Below, piece after piece: positions 23,715-37,714 of a stretch of DNA of 64,000 nucleotides. The stretch lies in contig NC_057751.1 in assembly GCF_004010195.1 (NCBI RefSeq), forward strand, positions 2,306,464-2,370,463, in the 5' to 3' direction. Positions within the stretch are counted from its first letter, which is position 1; each line of letters opens with the position of its first letter. The notes under the pieces were generated by a model. That model did no database searches, was not told the DNA's origin, and saw only the letters and a list, made by a program, of their open reading frames with translations. A program made the translations under genes and the position numbers. Origin of the DNA: Chiloscyllium plagiosum. Lineage: Eukaryota.

Positions 23715-26115
23715 ATCAGAAATAGGAACTGGAGTAGGCCATCTGGCCCTTTGAGCCAGTGATGCCATTCAAGAAAGTCATGGGTAATGTTTTTGTGGCC
23801 TCTGCTCCGTTTATCTGCCCTCTCACCATAACACTTAATTCTTTTACTGTTCAAAAAATTATCAATTTTAGCTTTAAAAGCATTCAAAGAGGAAGCCTCA
23901 ACTACTTCACTGTGTGTGGAATTCCACAGAATCACAGTCCTCTGAGTGAAGAAATTCCTTCCCAATTTGGTTTTGAATGTCTTCCCTTAATTTTAAGGCT
24001 GTGCCCTCTTGTCCTAGTTTCACCTGCCTGCCGAAACATCCTCTCTACTTCGATCTGATCTATTCCCTTCATTATTTTATGTGTTTATTTAAGATCCCCC
24101 CTCATTCTTCTAAATTCCAATGATTCTCATCCCAGTCTACTCAGTCTTTCCTCACTAACCAACCTTCTCAACTCCGGAATCAACCTAGTGAACCTTCTAC
24201 GCACCCCTTTCTCAAGTAAGGAGACCAAAACTGCACGCAAATCTCCAGGTGTAGCCTTACCAGCATCCTATCCAGCTGCAACATAACCTTTCTGCTTTTA
24301 AACTCAATCCCTTTCGCAATGAAGGACAAAATTCCATGTGCCTTCCTAGTTCCCTGTTGCACTTGCAGACCAACCTTCTGTGATTCTTGCACAAGGACAC
24401 CCAGGTCCCTCTGCATTGCAATAATAGTCCTTTTTACTGTTTTCTGACAGAAATGGGGGACTTCGCATTTCTTAACATTGCGCTCCATCTGCCAGACCTT
24501 TGCCCACTCACTTAAACTATCTATTTCTCTCTGCAAAGTTTCACATTCCTCTGCACACTTGGCTCTACCACTCATCTTAGCGTCATCCGCAAACTTTGAC
24601 ACACTATACGTGGTCCCTGACTCCAAATCATCTATATAAAAAGTGTGAATAATTGCGGTCCCAACACTGATCGCTGAGGCACACCACTAGTCACTGCTTG
24701 CCAACCAGAAAACATTCATTTATCTCCATTCTTTGTTTCTTGTTAATTAACCAATCCTTTACCTATGCAAAGACATTACCTCTTATGTCTTGCATCTTTA
24801 TCTTATGCAGCAGCCTCCTGTCTAGCACCTAGTCAAATGCCTTTTGGAAATCTAGATGCATCACGTCTACTGGGTCCACATTGTCCACTGTGCTCATAAT
24901 GTCTTCATAGAATTCCAGTAGATTAGATAAATATGACCTGCCCTACATGAATCCATGCTGCATCTGTCCAATGGAACAATTTCTACCTATATCTCTTGCT
25001 ATTTGCTCCTTGATAATAGATTCAAGCATTTCCCCGCTACAGAAGTTCAACTATCTGGTCTATACTTCCCCATCTTTTGTCTATCTTCTTTTTTAAACAG
25101 TAGCACCACGTTTGTTGTTTTCCGATCTGCTAGAAAGATTCCAATGAATTTTGGAAAACAACCACAAGTGCAAATGTTATTTCTCTTTTAGTACCTTCTC
25201 TTTCAGGGATGCATCCCATCAGGGCAAGGAGACTTGTGTCCCTTTAGCTCCATTAGCTTGCCCAACATTACCTCTTTCATGATGATTGTTTCCATGTCCT
25301 CATCTCCCTTCATCTCCTTGTCAATTACTGTCATGTTATTCGTGTCCTCCGCTGTGAAGACTGACACAAAATAACTTTTCAATGCCTCATCTATTTCCTC
25401 AAATCCCATGACTGAATCCTCCTTCTCTTCCTGTAAAAGACCACTGTTTAGCTTAGCCACTGTTTTTTATTTTACATATTTATGGAAACTTTTGTTTCTT
25501 AGTCTTTATATTCTGAGCTAGTTTACCCACACAATCTACCTTATACTTCTTTATACCTTTTATTGTGGCTTTCTGTTGACCTTTAAAGTTTTCCCAATCT
25601 TCTAGTTTCCTACTGGTCTTTGCCACTTTGTATGTCTTCTGTTTCAATTTGATAGCTTCCCTTATTTTCTTGTATACCCATGGCAGATTACCCATTTTCC
25701 TTCCTTTTCACTGGTATATACTTTTGCTGAGCACTTTTAAAAATTGCTTTTAAAGTCCTCCACCATAAAGTCTTCACTTCCGGTCTACTTTAGCCAACTC
25801 CTCCCTCATCCTGTTGTTGTCTCCTTCATTTAAGCACATTGGATTGGATTGGTATTGGATTTTTATCTTGGCACATTCCATCTATATTCTAAATTCAGCC
25901 ATACTGTAATTGCTTCTTCCAAGAGGATCCCTAGCTATGAGATCATTAATTATTTCTATCTCATTACACAGGACCAGATCTGGGATAGCTTGCTCTCTTG
26001 TTTGTTCTGTTACATACTGTTCAAGCAAAGGATACACTCAATGAACTCCTCCTTAAGGCTACCCTGACTGATCTGGTTCGATGAATCGACATTTGGATTA
26101 AAATCGCCCATGACA
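23715..26115 (-). mobile_element. Older CR1 LINE, 5'-truncated
   Basis: KSPCPDGMHP, SKFADDAK, GRNFFTQRTV.LWNS; tail AGGAACTGGAGTAGGCCAT at ~23724. Confidence 0.88.
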
Positions 26116-27689
26116 ACACAGATCAGAATATGATTGTCCAAACCAGGATTCTGTGCAAGATCTGACTTGTTCAGTTGTAACATCAGCTAGCATCATGATA
26201 AGTGACATTGTATTGATTGCGCTTTATATATTGAACTAATATATAAAGCACCATGCATCCAAACTTGGAATGATCCAAGAGTCTCCAGAAATAGATGCTG
26301 CATTTCCAGGGCATTGATGTGAGTAATCTGAGTCTGCAAAGAAAAAGTGACGTTTTTCTGATATTTGTTGAACACCTTTCATTAATTAGATGGCTGCATT
26401 CATTACCACTGAACTCACAAACCGTGCAGTTGCAGTGGCTGTGACACTCTTGCCAGTGAGTAAACATGGTCAGTAGTTGTATCTATGGTGACACCGTGAC
26501 AAGATCTCACCTAATGAAGTGTGGACTCATTATTTAATGTCACAGTGGGAAGTGCATGTCTCATAGAGCAATCCAATTCTGTCTGCATGTCTTTCATCTG
26601 CAGCCTGTTCTCTTCAACCACATGCTCAATTGTCTTTGCCTCAGGAGGATTTGTTTTGCACGAAAACAACAGTGAAGGCAGCAGCAAGAAGGACATCATA
26701 GAATGGGGAAAGATATTGGTCAAATATGGAAGGAGTCAGAAGCAAGGAGAATGGTTAAGAGGGAAGTGAAGAGGATGGCCAGCAAAGTGGCATGGGAGCT
26801 AGCAAGCTGGTGAGGACGTGGAGAGAAGCTGCCTGAAGTGATAAGCAACTACTAGGATGGTGAGTGAGTCATGAGACAGTGAACAGCATGGTGAAGAGAG
26901 CAGTCTGCACAAGGGTATGGGTGCGACTACCAGATGGTGAGGTGGCACCAGAAACAAAGATGACAGTGAGACTCATTAAGCATGGAGGCAATTCAGGCGG
27001 TGACAGAGAGATAGCAAGAACAGGTACTTTACTTCCAGTTGCAATTCCAGTGTGGTGTGGAAACACAATGTTGACATCCACAATTCTAATTTCTGTGCAA
27101 ATATTTTGATCAGAAATATACCTTTGTGCAGTTTGAAAATCCTTTCAATGTGGATGACAGGAGATTTTAATGTAATTTCCAGGAATGAATCCAACCAGAT
27201 GTTTCAGGCAGGAAGGAACCAAGCAGTGCAGTCTGGGTGCAGTGACAATTTATCATAAAATCATTTAATTGCAAATTTCACCCATCTCTGTCGCATCTGA
27301 TTAGCATGAAATGCAACTGAGCCGAAAACACTGACCCTAAATTAACAAGCTGTGCCTTGTTAAAACCACAAAGATAGTAAAAGCAGATGGAATTAAATTA
27401 GCAAAAGAAAATCACAAAACAGATTTTTAAAAACTGAGTGTAAGTACATTTTATAGTATGTAGTCTGTACCAAATGCCATTAGCACTGACATTGAAAATG
27501 GTGTTCCTTTGGTCTTCTATGTTGTTAATGTACTCAGCTTCTGCAATGCAATTATATCCTTTGTACTCTGCTTGTCTTATTTGCACTTCCTCCGGGTTTT
27601 AAAATAGCAAAATCATTGATTCTACAGCCAGGAGCAGACTGAAATTTGCGACACATAGGTGAGTAGAAAGCAAAGTAGAACTCAGCGAG

Positions 27690-27995
27690 ATCACAAACAA
27701 TTTGAGATTCAGCTCTTTTGGGCTCCTCACTCTCAAAGAGATGACCAAAAGGTGGCCTGGTAGAAGTCTTCAAGATTGAGAAAGGGTTGACAATCAGCAT
27801 CTTACTCTTGCGGATGAGACCAGACAAGGGCCCATCATTGAAGACGTTAAGTTAATCCAAATGGAAATTGAGGAAAAATCTCATCACTCAGGGTGTGGTG
27901 AGAAAGGGGGACTTAATACAACTGCGATGGGTTGAGATGAGTCGAACAGATGTATTAAAAGGAAATTTGAGAGAGACATGAGGGAGAAAGAAATG
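27690..27995 (+). mobile_element. Highly decayed CR1 3' fragment
   Basis: AGAAGTCTTCAAGATTGAGAAAGGG...GAGGAAAAATCTCATCACTCAG resembles the EVFKI.KG and R.N.FTQR coding region. Confidence 0.45.
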
Positions 27996-28496
27996 GAAGG
28001 ATATGTTGATGACTGATGATGAACACTGAGAGGAGGACATTTGTGGATACACATTAGATTTATTACTGAATACTTACAGAGACCATCAAGGCGGGGGAAA
28101 TGCTAATATTGTTGGAATACATCTGAGTTTGACGACATTTTAACTTGCAGTTATAAAAGAGAGGCAAGCTCATGTGACATGGCATTATTTCCTGTAATCA
28201 TGTATGCTCCATATGATTGACATAATACACAGTTAGAATTGACCCTTCAATACGTTGTGGAGCACAAACATAGTCAGTGATAAGTCAAGCTAAATTACTT
28301 GATTCAGTGCTCCGGGACAAGGGCCATTTCTCAGGAACTCAACAGTAGAATTAAAACTCTTGCCCGATTTTGAAGATGGTTCCTAAGATGAGCTAATGAA
28401 TACTAAAATATGTAACTGCCATTTTACAGTGAACAGTCACACTGACATATTTTTGAGCTTTCAGGGAATCAAGGGCAGGCAACTGGATTGGAGGTA

Positions 28497-28724
28497 CAGG
28501 TCATTCTGCTATAACACAACAGTTCTGTTCCTCTGCAACTTCGCGCTATCGAAAATCAGGCTGTGGAAAATTGCTCGAGAAAATCGGGCTGCCGAAGGTC
28601 GCGAGTAGAAAATCACTATACCCATTCAGTCGAGAGTTAATGTTAACCAAACCATGTCCAAGTTCATCAAACATGTTATAGCCAATTCACACTGATGAAA
28701 TATGCATTATGACAGAACAAGCTG
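28497..28724. mobile_element. Tc1/mariner-pogo-type MITE
   Basis: Imperfect TIRs TA|CAGGTCATTCTGCTATAAC ... ATTATGACAGAACAAGCTG|CA; interrupts a CR1 tail that resumes at 28727. Confidence 0.6.
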
Positions 28725-29040
28725 CAGGTCAGCCATGATCGTATTGAATGACAGAATTAATTTGATGGCCAAATGACCTATTCTACATTTTTTTTATGTT
28801 CTTGTGATGAACGACAACTCAACAAGTTAATAGACATTGATAATGTGTTCCTTCGTTGTTAGTACATCATAATCACTTCGGGAAAGTAAGAAAAGTGCCA
28901 ATTAGCACATCTATGTCAGTGTTATAACATAGGAAATACGACAGGTGTTGCAAGCTGCCATGAAAATCGATATGATAACTTGTTTCTTAAGTGACTTGGC
29001 TTTGAGGTTAAAAAATAATTGGCCAGAGAGTGAAGAATTG

Positions 29041-29372
29041 TAGAATCCCTATTGTGTGGATAGAAGCTGCTTGGCCCATTGATCTTGTACCAATCCTCCG
29101 AAGAATATCCTAACCCAACACAACCCCATAACCTATCCCCAAGACCCCGCATTTGCCATGGCTAATCTGCCTAGCCTACACATCCCTAGACACTGCGGTT
29201 AATTCATGATGGTCAATCCACCAAACTTGCACATTTTGGATTGTGGGAGGAAACGGAGCACCTGGTGGAAACCCATGCAGAGACGGGGAGAATGTGCAGA
29301 CATTTGCGTAAGGCTGTAATCAAACCTGAGTTCCTGGTGCTATGAGGCAGCAATTCCAACCAATGTGCCAAC
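29041..29372 (-). mobile_element. HE1 SINE, diverged
   Basis: GGATTGTGGGAGGAAAC..AGCACC..GGAAACCCA.GCAGA is the reverse complement of the V-domain. Confidence 0.82.
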
Positions 29373-29379
29373 CTCAAGA

Positions 29380-29612
29380 TCCTGCTTTCCTTTGAATAGT
29401 GCTATTAAATCACTTACTTCTGAAAGAAAGAGCAGACAGACTCTTATTTAAATATTTCATGTAAAATGATCATACCTTCAACAGTGCAGCATTCTCTCAG
29501 GACTGCAGAATGAGCATGAGCCTAGATTGTGTGCTGAACGTTTCAGAATGGGATCTTCAGACCTTGACGTATTAAACCTCAAGAGGTCAGAATGATGACA
29601 ATTAGCCACAGT
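29380..29612 (-). mobile_element. Deu-domain SINE (SacSINE1/AmnSINE-like), decayed
   Basis: Minus strand TGCAGTCCTGAGAGAATGCTGCACTGTTGAAGGT...ATGAAATATTTAAATAAGAG resembles the Deu core as I recall it. Confidence 0.5.
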
Positions 29613-29794
29613 CGATCGTGTCAAATGCCTCATTGTGCTTACACCAGGTAAATACATTGTCTTCAATAAAAAGCATGTTTGAAATGTGTTGCCAATCAGC
29701 AGATATGTCCTGAGTGTCCAGCTCCAGCACATAACCACATAACCACATACGTCCTTTCACCTGTCCAAAGCCCTGCACATTCTCCCCTAATTTT

Positions 29795-30600
29795 AAAAAA
29801 ATTATTCATGAGATATTGACATTGCTGGCTAAGCTAGCATTTAGTGCCTATCCTGAATTGCCCTGGTGATGAGCTCCTGTCTTGAACCACTGTAGTCTTT
29901 TGGATGTAGGGTACACAAATGTTGTGAGGGAGGGAGTTCCGAGATTTTGACCCAGTGACTGAAGGAATAGCGATATTGTTCTAAATCAGGATGGTATGTG
30001 GCTTGGAGGGGAGTTTGTAGGCGGTGGTGCTTCAATAAGATCAGTAGACACAGGAGCAGAGAAAGTTCATTCAGCCCATCGAGTCTACTCTGCCATTCAG
30101 TGAAATCATAGCTGATCTGATAATGTTCAATTCCATATTTTTGTCTTTTCCCCACAACCCTTGATCCCCTTACTGATTAAAGATCTATCTACCTCAGTCT
30201 TGAATGGACTTAACACCCAGCCTTGACAGCCCTTTGTGGTTAAGAATTCGACAAATTCACACTTCTCTGAGAGAAGAAATTCCTCCACATCTCTGATTTA
30301 AGTGTTCATCTTCTTATATTGAGATTATGTCCGTTGGTCCAAGACTGTCCCAAAAATGGAAACAACCTTTCTGCATCTACTGTGTCAACTCTTCTTAGAA
30401 TCTATGTGTTTCAACAAGATCACGACTTGTCCTTTTAATTGGAGTAGTTGTAGATTATGAAGGTGCTTTGTAATGAGCCTTGCTGAATTTCTTTTGTGCA
30501 TTTTGTGGATGGTCCACGTAGCGTAAGTGTTGAAATGGTGGAGTGCTAATCAAGTGGGTTGTTCTGTCCTTGATAGATCCATTGAGAGAGGCTTAGTCCA
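29795..30600 (-). mobile_element. Non-HER1 LINE 3' end with nested CR1 3' fragment (30045-30430)
   Basis: GGTGATGAGCTCCTGTCTTGAACCACTG tail; nested AGGAGCAGA..CATTCAGCCCATCGAG tail and GAGAAGAAATTCCTCC. Confidence 0.65.
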
Positions 30601-30715
30601 TTGGATTCTCTTCCTTGAATTCCATGGGAGAGGAGGTTTGGAGAAGATATATACCTATTTGAGAGATAAGTCCTACATCACCACGTTATACCTGTAAGGA
30701 TACTTGGAATAACAG

Positions 30716-30925
30716 CGTTAAAAATCACACAATACCAGGTTATAGCCCAACAGGTTTAATTGGAAGCACCCTAGCTTTCGGAGCGACGCTCCTTCATTAT
30801 CTACCACCTGATGAAGGAGCGTCACTCCGAAAGCTAGTGTGCTTCCAATTAAACCTGTAGGATTATAACCTGGTGTGTGATTTTTAACTTTGTATACCCC
30901 AGTCCAACACCGGCATCTCCAAATC
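30716..30925. mobile_element. PLE fold-back insertion, family B
   Basis: Inverted arms 30717-30797 and ~30811-30888; 37-nt tail 30889-30925. TSD TGGAATAA(C/T)AG at 30705-30715 and 30926-30936. Confidence 0.82.
30803..30842 (+). ncRNA. Minimal hammerhead ribozyme motif, family B
   Basis: CAC-CTGATGA-A-GGAG-CGTCA-CTCC-GAAAG-CTA-GTG: core, 4-bp stem II, palindromic AGCT stem III, CUA cleavage triplet, 3-bp stem I (CAC/GTG). Confidence 0.65.
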
Positions 30926-30996
30926 TGGAATAATAGAAGCAGAGTGCATGTCTGATTGTGGACTTCAACTCATTCTCATGTACCCCCATCTCCCTT

Positions 30997-33620
30997 AGAA
31001 CATAGAACATCAAACAATACAGGACAGAACAGGCCCTTCGGCCCTCTATGTTGCGCTGACATGTGAACTAAACTAAGCCCATCCCCATACACTATCCCAT
31101 CATCATCCATGTGCTTATCCAAGGATTGCTTAAATCCCACTAATGTTGCTGAGTTAACTATATTGGCAGGCAGGGCATTCCACGCCCTTACCACTCTCTG
31201 AGTAAAGAACCTCCCTCTGACATCTGTCTTAAATCTATCACCCCTCAGTTTGTAGCTGTGCTCCCTCATACAAGCTGACATCATCATCCCAGGAAAAAAA
31301 CTTTCACTGTCTACCCTATCTAATCTTCTGATCATCTTGTATGTCTCTACTAAATCCCCTCTCAGCCTTCTTCTTTCCAATGAGAACAGACCCAAGTTTC
31401 TCGGCCTTTCCTCATAAGACATTCCCTCCAGATCAGGCAACGTCTTGGTAAATCTCCTCTGCACCTTTTCCACGCTTCCACATCCTTCCTGTCATGGGGT
31501 GACCAGAACTATACACAATATTCCAAATGCGGCTGCACTAGCGTTTTGTTTGGCTGCAGCATGACATTATGGCTCTGGAACTCAATCCCTCTACCAATAA
31601 AACCTAACACACCGAATGCCTTCTTAACAGCACTATCAACCTGAGTGGCAACTTACAGAGATCTATGTACATGGACTCCAAGATCCCTCTGCACATCCAC
31701 ACTACCAAGAATCTTTCCATTGACCCAGTATTCTGCCTTCCTGTTATTCTTCTCAAAGTGAATCTCCTCTCATTTATCTGCATTGAACTCCATTTGCCAC
31801 CTCTCAGGCCAATTCTGCAGTTTATCCAAGTCCCCCTATAACCTGCAACATTCTTCTGCACTGATCACTACTCCACCGACTTTAGTATCATCTGCAAACT
31901 TACTAACTCATCCACCTATACCTGCATCTAAGTCATTTATAAAAATGACAAACAGCAGTGGTCCCAAAAACAGATCCTTGTGGCACACCACTAGTAACCG
32001 GACACCAGATTGAAAATTTTCTATCAACCAGCACTCGCTGCCTTCTTACAGAAAGCCAGTTTCTAATCCAAACTGCTAAAACACCCTCAATCCTATTTCT
32101 CCACATTTTCTCCGACAGCCTACCATGTGAAACCTTATCAAAGTCTTTACTGAAGTCCATGTCAACTGCCGAACCCTCATCCACATGCTTGGTCACCTTC
32201 TCAAAAAACTCAATAAGGTTTGTGAGACATGACCTGCCCTTGACGAAACCATGTTGACTATCTGCAATCAAATTGTTGCTTGCCAGATAATTATAAATCC
32301 TATCTCTCATAGTCCTTTCCAAAATGTTTCCTCCAACTGACATTAGGCGCACTGGTCTATAATTACCTGGGTCACCTCTATTGCCTTCTTAAACAAGGGC
32401 ACAACATTTGCAATCCTCCAGTCCTCTGGTACGAAATCTCTTGACAATGACGACTCAAAGGTCAAAGCCAAAGGCTCCAACACTTCCTCCCGAGCTTTCC
32501 AGGAAATCCTCAGATAAATCCTGTCTGGCCCAAGGGACTTGTCTACTTTTGCTCCTTCTAGAATTGATAACACCTCTTCCTTACTAACCTCAATCCTTTC
32601 TAGTCTAATGTCTCGTATCTCATTCTTCTCCTCTATAATATTCTCCTTTCCCTGAGTGAAACAGATGAAAAATATTCGTTTAGCACCTATCTGATCTCCA
32701 CAGGGTCCACACACAACTTCCCACTTCTGTCTTTGACTGGCCCTATTCCTACCCTAGTCATCCTTTTATTTCTCACATATCTACAGAAAGGTTTAGGGTT
32801 CTCGTGTATTCAACCAGCTAAAGACTGCTCATGTCCTCTCTTTGCTCTTCTCAACTCTCTCTTTAAACCCTTCCTAGCTAAACTGTAACTCTCCATCGCC
32901 TCATCTGAACCATCTTGTCTCATCGTCACATAAGCCTCCTTTTTCCGCTTAACAAGAGATGTTTTTCTGTAGTAAACCACAGTTCCCTTACCTTATCAGT
33001 TCCTCCCTGCCTGACAGGGACATACTTATCAATGACACGCAACATCTGTTCCTTAAGTCAGCTCTACATTTCAATTGTCCTCATCCCTTGCATTTTGCTA
33101 CCCCATTCTATGCATCCTATATCTTGCCTAATCGCATTATAATTGCCCTTCCCCCATTGATAACTCTTGCCCTATGGCATATACCTGTCCCTTTCCATCG
33201 CTAAACTAAATGTAACTGAATTATGGTCACTTTGTCCAAAATGCTCACCTACCACTAAATCAAGCACCTAGTCTGGTTCATCACCAAGCACCAGATCCAG
33301 TGTGGCCTCCCCTCTTGTCAGCCCTTCATCATACTGTGTCAGGAAACCCTCCTGCACACATTGGACAAAACCTGATCCATCTGACGTACGAGAGTTATAG
33401 CATTTCCATTCAGTGTTCAGGATGCTAAAGTCCCCCATAATGACCACCCTGTTTCTTTCACTCCTACCCAGAATTATTTTGCCGATCCTTTCCTCCACAT
33501 CCCTGGAACTCTGCAGAGGCCTATAAAAAAACTCCCAGCAGTGTGACCTCTCCTCTCCTGTTTCTAACCTCAGCCCAAACTACCTCTGTGGACGTGTCCT
33601 CGTCAAAAATTCTTTCAGCA
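30997..33620 (-). mobile_element. CR1/HER1-type LINE reaching into the endonuclease
   Basis: VVIMGDFS, TRGEATLDLVL, QHGFVKGRSCLTNLIEFFE, SGVPQGS, RGRFFTQRVV; (AGAACAT)n tail at 30997. Confidence 0.93.
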
Positions 33621-35341
33621 CCTTGATTGGCTGAGAGATCAAAAGCGTGTCTATCTAAACCTTAAATATATTCAACAATGGAGCATCCAGAGTCTTGGAG
33701 GGTCAAGAATGCTGTAAATTCACAAACATTTGAATGCTGAAATTTCTCCTCATCTCACAACTAAATGATTGTATATTTGCATTTAAGATTCCCCAATAAG
33801 CAGAGAAAAAATGTCTTTTCTATCAAAGTTTTCAGAATTTTGTTTGTTACAATGAGAGCAGCAGTGATTCTTCTGATATTCTAATTTGAACCTGTGAGGA
33901 TCAGAAATGGTGGGAAGGTATGGAAATAGGGACTGAACCCGAAATGTGGATCTCAGAACTCAATAATTTATAGAGCATATTTAATTTAGTAAAGCAATCT
34001 TCACAGGAGTATGAGCAAACACAAGTTGACATTGAGCCACATGAGCAAATATTTGGAAAGTATTAAGCATTTAGAAGTCGAAATGCAGTTATAACCAGAT
34101 GGGTATTGGATTAATCTATGTAATTGTTTGCAGCATGTGGAAATAAACAATTAGTCGATAATATATTTTCATAATGAGTGAGCCACAAATACCACTTCCC
34201 AAGCCCTTGACCTCTGGGGCTATAGCAGCTGATGCATGCGAACAGTACCACCTGCCCATTCCCCTTCAAACCATTTACCCATCTTGGATTTCGAATAATA
34301 TCTGTTTCTTCACTGTTGCTGAATCAAAATCACAAACTTCCTCTGTCTTAATATTTTGGCTCTCCCCATAACAATCACTTTGAAAGTACAGGAAAATCAA
34401 AAGGTTTTGTTCTTCCTCATGTCAGCCCTCTCAGTCATCTAGTGTTCAGTTCAGAATATGGTACAGCCTGAAGTTCTTCCTGAGTCTGCAGGGAAATCTT
34501 TCCTCAGAGAGGTCTTCAGCAGCATTCTTCGGGTGCTGGCAAGAAAAATGGCACCAACCCATGCATTATCACCTGATATTGCATATACTGCCTGAAAGTC
34601 CATCTCTATCCCTGGAACAGTCAGCTTTCATACACTCCCTCACCACCACCATCACCACCTTACAACAACCTGCCAGCTGCTGATTGGTCTACTATGACAA
34701 GACAGCAGTACAAATAGGATTATGAGTGCCAGTGGAGACACTTCCTCTGCTCTCCAAATAAAATCCTAACTGTCGTTTTTTAAAATCTTTCCTTCAAGTG
34801 TAATTAAATATAATGATGACTTCAGTGAAAACTTTTGGCCTCCACCCTTCTGTTAACACTAACAGGAGATTTCTGACGGAAGAAATTTGTTGTTGAAACT
34901 TTTGATCTTACATGGATGAGGACAAATGCAAGATTGCCAAATTCCAAACAATCATAACAATTTATGTTATAGGAGAAAAACAAAATAATTGGTTAGCAAG
35001 TTTATTCTGATTGAGGTGCTGCCACAAAGAAAGTAATAGGGAACAAGAGGCTCCTCAATTTGTCAATTATTTCAAAAAGGACACAAGCCTGAACATATTG
35101 CTTTTGTTTGCAAAGAATTGCACATGAATATCTGTTGCTTCTGGCCAGATTACAAACTTGACTGATAATCTGAAACTACTTTTTGGTGCAGCTATTTGCA
35201 CATTCACAGGATAGCTGTCATTGAAAGGATGCAGTTTACCTCAGTTTTGTGACAGTTTGGAAAATCAGTGGCTTTTTCGGGGAGATAAATTGCTGGCTCT
35301 TTTGGTTTTATCTACTCAGAACAAGACAGACATCACTAGCT

Positions 35342-35539
35342 GAAAGTGAGGACTGCAGATGTTGGAGATCCGAGCTGAAAATGTGTTGCTGGAAAAGCGC
35401 AGCAGGTCAGGCAGCATCCAAGAAACAGGAGAATCGACGTTTCGGGCATGAGCCTGAAGAAGGGCTCATGCCTGAAACGTCGATTCTCTTGCTCCTTGGA
35501 TGCTGCCTGACCTGCTGCGCTTTTCCAGCAACACATTTT
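35342..35539. mobile_element. PLE fold-back insertion, family A, copy 2
   Basis: 15-bp TSD CAGACATCACTAGCT (35327-35341, 35540-35554); 33-nt tail; inverted arms meeting at hammerhead core CTGAAGA (35454-35460)-A-GGGC-TCAT-GCCT-GAAAC-GTC. Confidence 0.87.
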
Positions 35540-36539
35540 CAGACATCACTAGCTTTCTGTTGAAGCAGGTGTTTTGCATAGGACACTGCAAGATCAGAAG
35601 TAAACTGAAACTGAATAGTTCATTATAACCACATAAGTGAGCATTCAGAGAAACCATGAGAGATAATTCACATTTGCAACAAAAAAATGTTTGTGAGTAG
35701 TTGACACATGTCGGCAAATACCCTGTCATAAACAGGTGACCATTACATAGAGTCAGAATTAAATTGTAAACTCCTCAAGGAAGTCTTCATGCCGGTTTAG
35801 CAAACATCCTTCAAACTCTGTCACTCAATTCATGTGTACACAGGATGAAAAACGACCACAGGTTCATAGTTAGAGTGCCAAACCATTGAATAGGGGAATG
35901 TACTCAGATCCTTTCTATGGAATGAATATGTTAATATCAGAGAAAGCACGAGCTCTTCATTTTCAATGAAATTTCAGGAAAATTTCAGTAGCTTTGAAGG
36001 AAGGGATCAGTGAAGGAAATTGCATCTGGCATTGTCTCATGATAAGCCGCTGTTCTTTGGGAAAAGAAAGCTCAAGCTTGGGAAACTGACAGCATCGCAA
36101 ACTATTTCAGCAACAGAAGGAGACAAAGAGTTTGAAGCTAGGATTTGGTGACCAAGAGGATTTAGATAAGAAGCTGAACTATAAATTAATTGAAAATAAC
36201 AAACTAATTTTAATTTCGGTTGTGTATGATCCTGGATGCCATGGCAATCCATGGCAACCACATCTGTGCTAACTGTCTCGGCTTGAAACTTTCATCTCAG
36301 GGTTTTTAAGCTGGAGACCAAGCTGCAGACATTGCATCACATCCGATGGATACTTCTTCCCAGAATACATTCATACCTCTTGGGTTCACCTCCTCTGATG
36401 CAGTCGCTAGTGAGGGATGGAAGGGTGTGAATCAAGGGTTTGGAGTGGAGGAGCTGCAACCATTGCAGTCATCCAAGAAATTTGGGCTCTTGCAGCTTGT
36501 ATGGATAGGAGCAAGGACTTATGTGGAAAGCTGATAAAA

Positions 36540-37712
36540 TATTCAAGTGGAGGACTGACAAGTGGGAAGCCTTCAACAGCATGATGACGAGAGTTCAGAA
36601 GCATTATGATTTCAAAAGCATTACTGGGACAACTAGCCATTTTAATACAGAACTGGCTTGAAGGTAGAAGACAGAGGGTGGTAATGGAGGGTTGCTTTTC
36701 AGACTGGAAGCCTGTGACCAGCAGTGTGCCATAAGGATTGGTGCTGGGTCCACTACTTTTCGTATTTATATAAATGATTCAGGTGTGAGCATAGGAGGTG
36801 TAGTTCGTAAGATTGCACCAAAATGACACCAAAATTGAAGGTACAGTGAATAGCAAGGGAGGTTACCTCAGAGTAGAATGGGATCTTAATCAGATGGGCC
36901 AAGGAGTGGCAAATGGAGTTTCATATAGATAAATATGAGGTGTTGCATTTTGGAAAGGCAAGTCAGAGCAGGACTTATATACTTAACGGTAAGGTCCTGT
37001 GTAGTGTTGCTGAACAAAGGCACCTTGGAGTTCAGGTTCATAGTTCCTTGAAGGTGGAGCAGCAGGTTTAAAGTTTAGTGAAGAAGACGTTTGATATGCT
37101 TGCCTTTATTGAGTCAGTACACTGTTTAGGAAGTTGAGAGGTCATGTTGCTGCTGTGCAGGACATTTGTTAGGCCACTTTTGGAATATTGCATGCAATTC
37201 TGGTCTCCCTGCTATCAGAAGGATGTTGTGAAACATGAAAAGGTTCAGAAAGGATTAAGGAGGATGTTGCCAGTGTTGGATGGTTTGAGCTATAGGGAGA
37301 GGCTGAACAGGCTGGGGCTGTTTCTCCTGGAGTGTCAGAGGCTAAGGGGTGACCTTAAAGAGGTTTATAAAATCGTGAGGGGCATGGATAGGGTAAATAG
37401 ACAGGGTCTTTTACCTGGAGTGGGGAGTCCAGAACTCGAGGACATAGGTTGAGGGTGAGAGGGAAAAAATTTAAACAGGACCTAAGCGGCAACTTTTTCA
37501 TGCAGGGAGTGGTGCATGTATGGAATGAGCTACCAGAGGAAGTGGTAGTGGTTGGTACAATTACAATATTTAAAAGGCATCTGGACGGGTATATGAATGG
37601 GAAGGGTTGATATGGGCCAAAAGCTGGCAAATAGGAATGGATTAATTTTGGATATCTAGTCAACATGGACAAGTTTGACTGAAGGGTCTCTTTCCATGCT
37701 GTACAACTCTGA
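36540..37712 (+). mobile_element. CR1 LINE 3' part (with an older ORF1-like remnant just upstream, ~36220-36500)
   Basis: VRPLLEYCMQFWSP, RLRGDLKEVYKI; HER1-like tail ending ~37712. Confidence 0.88.
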
Positions 37713-37714
37713 CT

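Noticed and set aside
26180..27600. Cluster of short ORFs on both strands; possible decayed DNA transposon
   Set aside because: No transposase motif or convincing TIR pair.
34860..35210. Possible fourth hammerhead-bearing repeat on the minus strand
   Set aside because: The core would read CTCATCC instead of CTGATGA; too degenerate to support.
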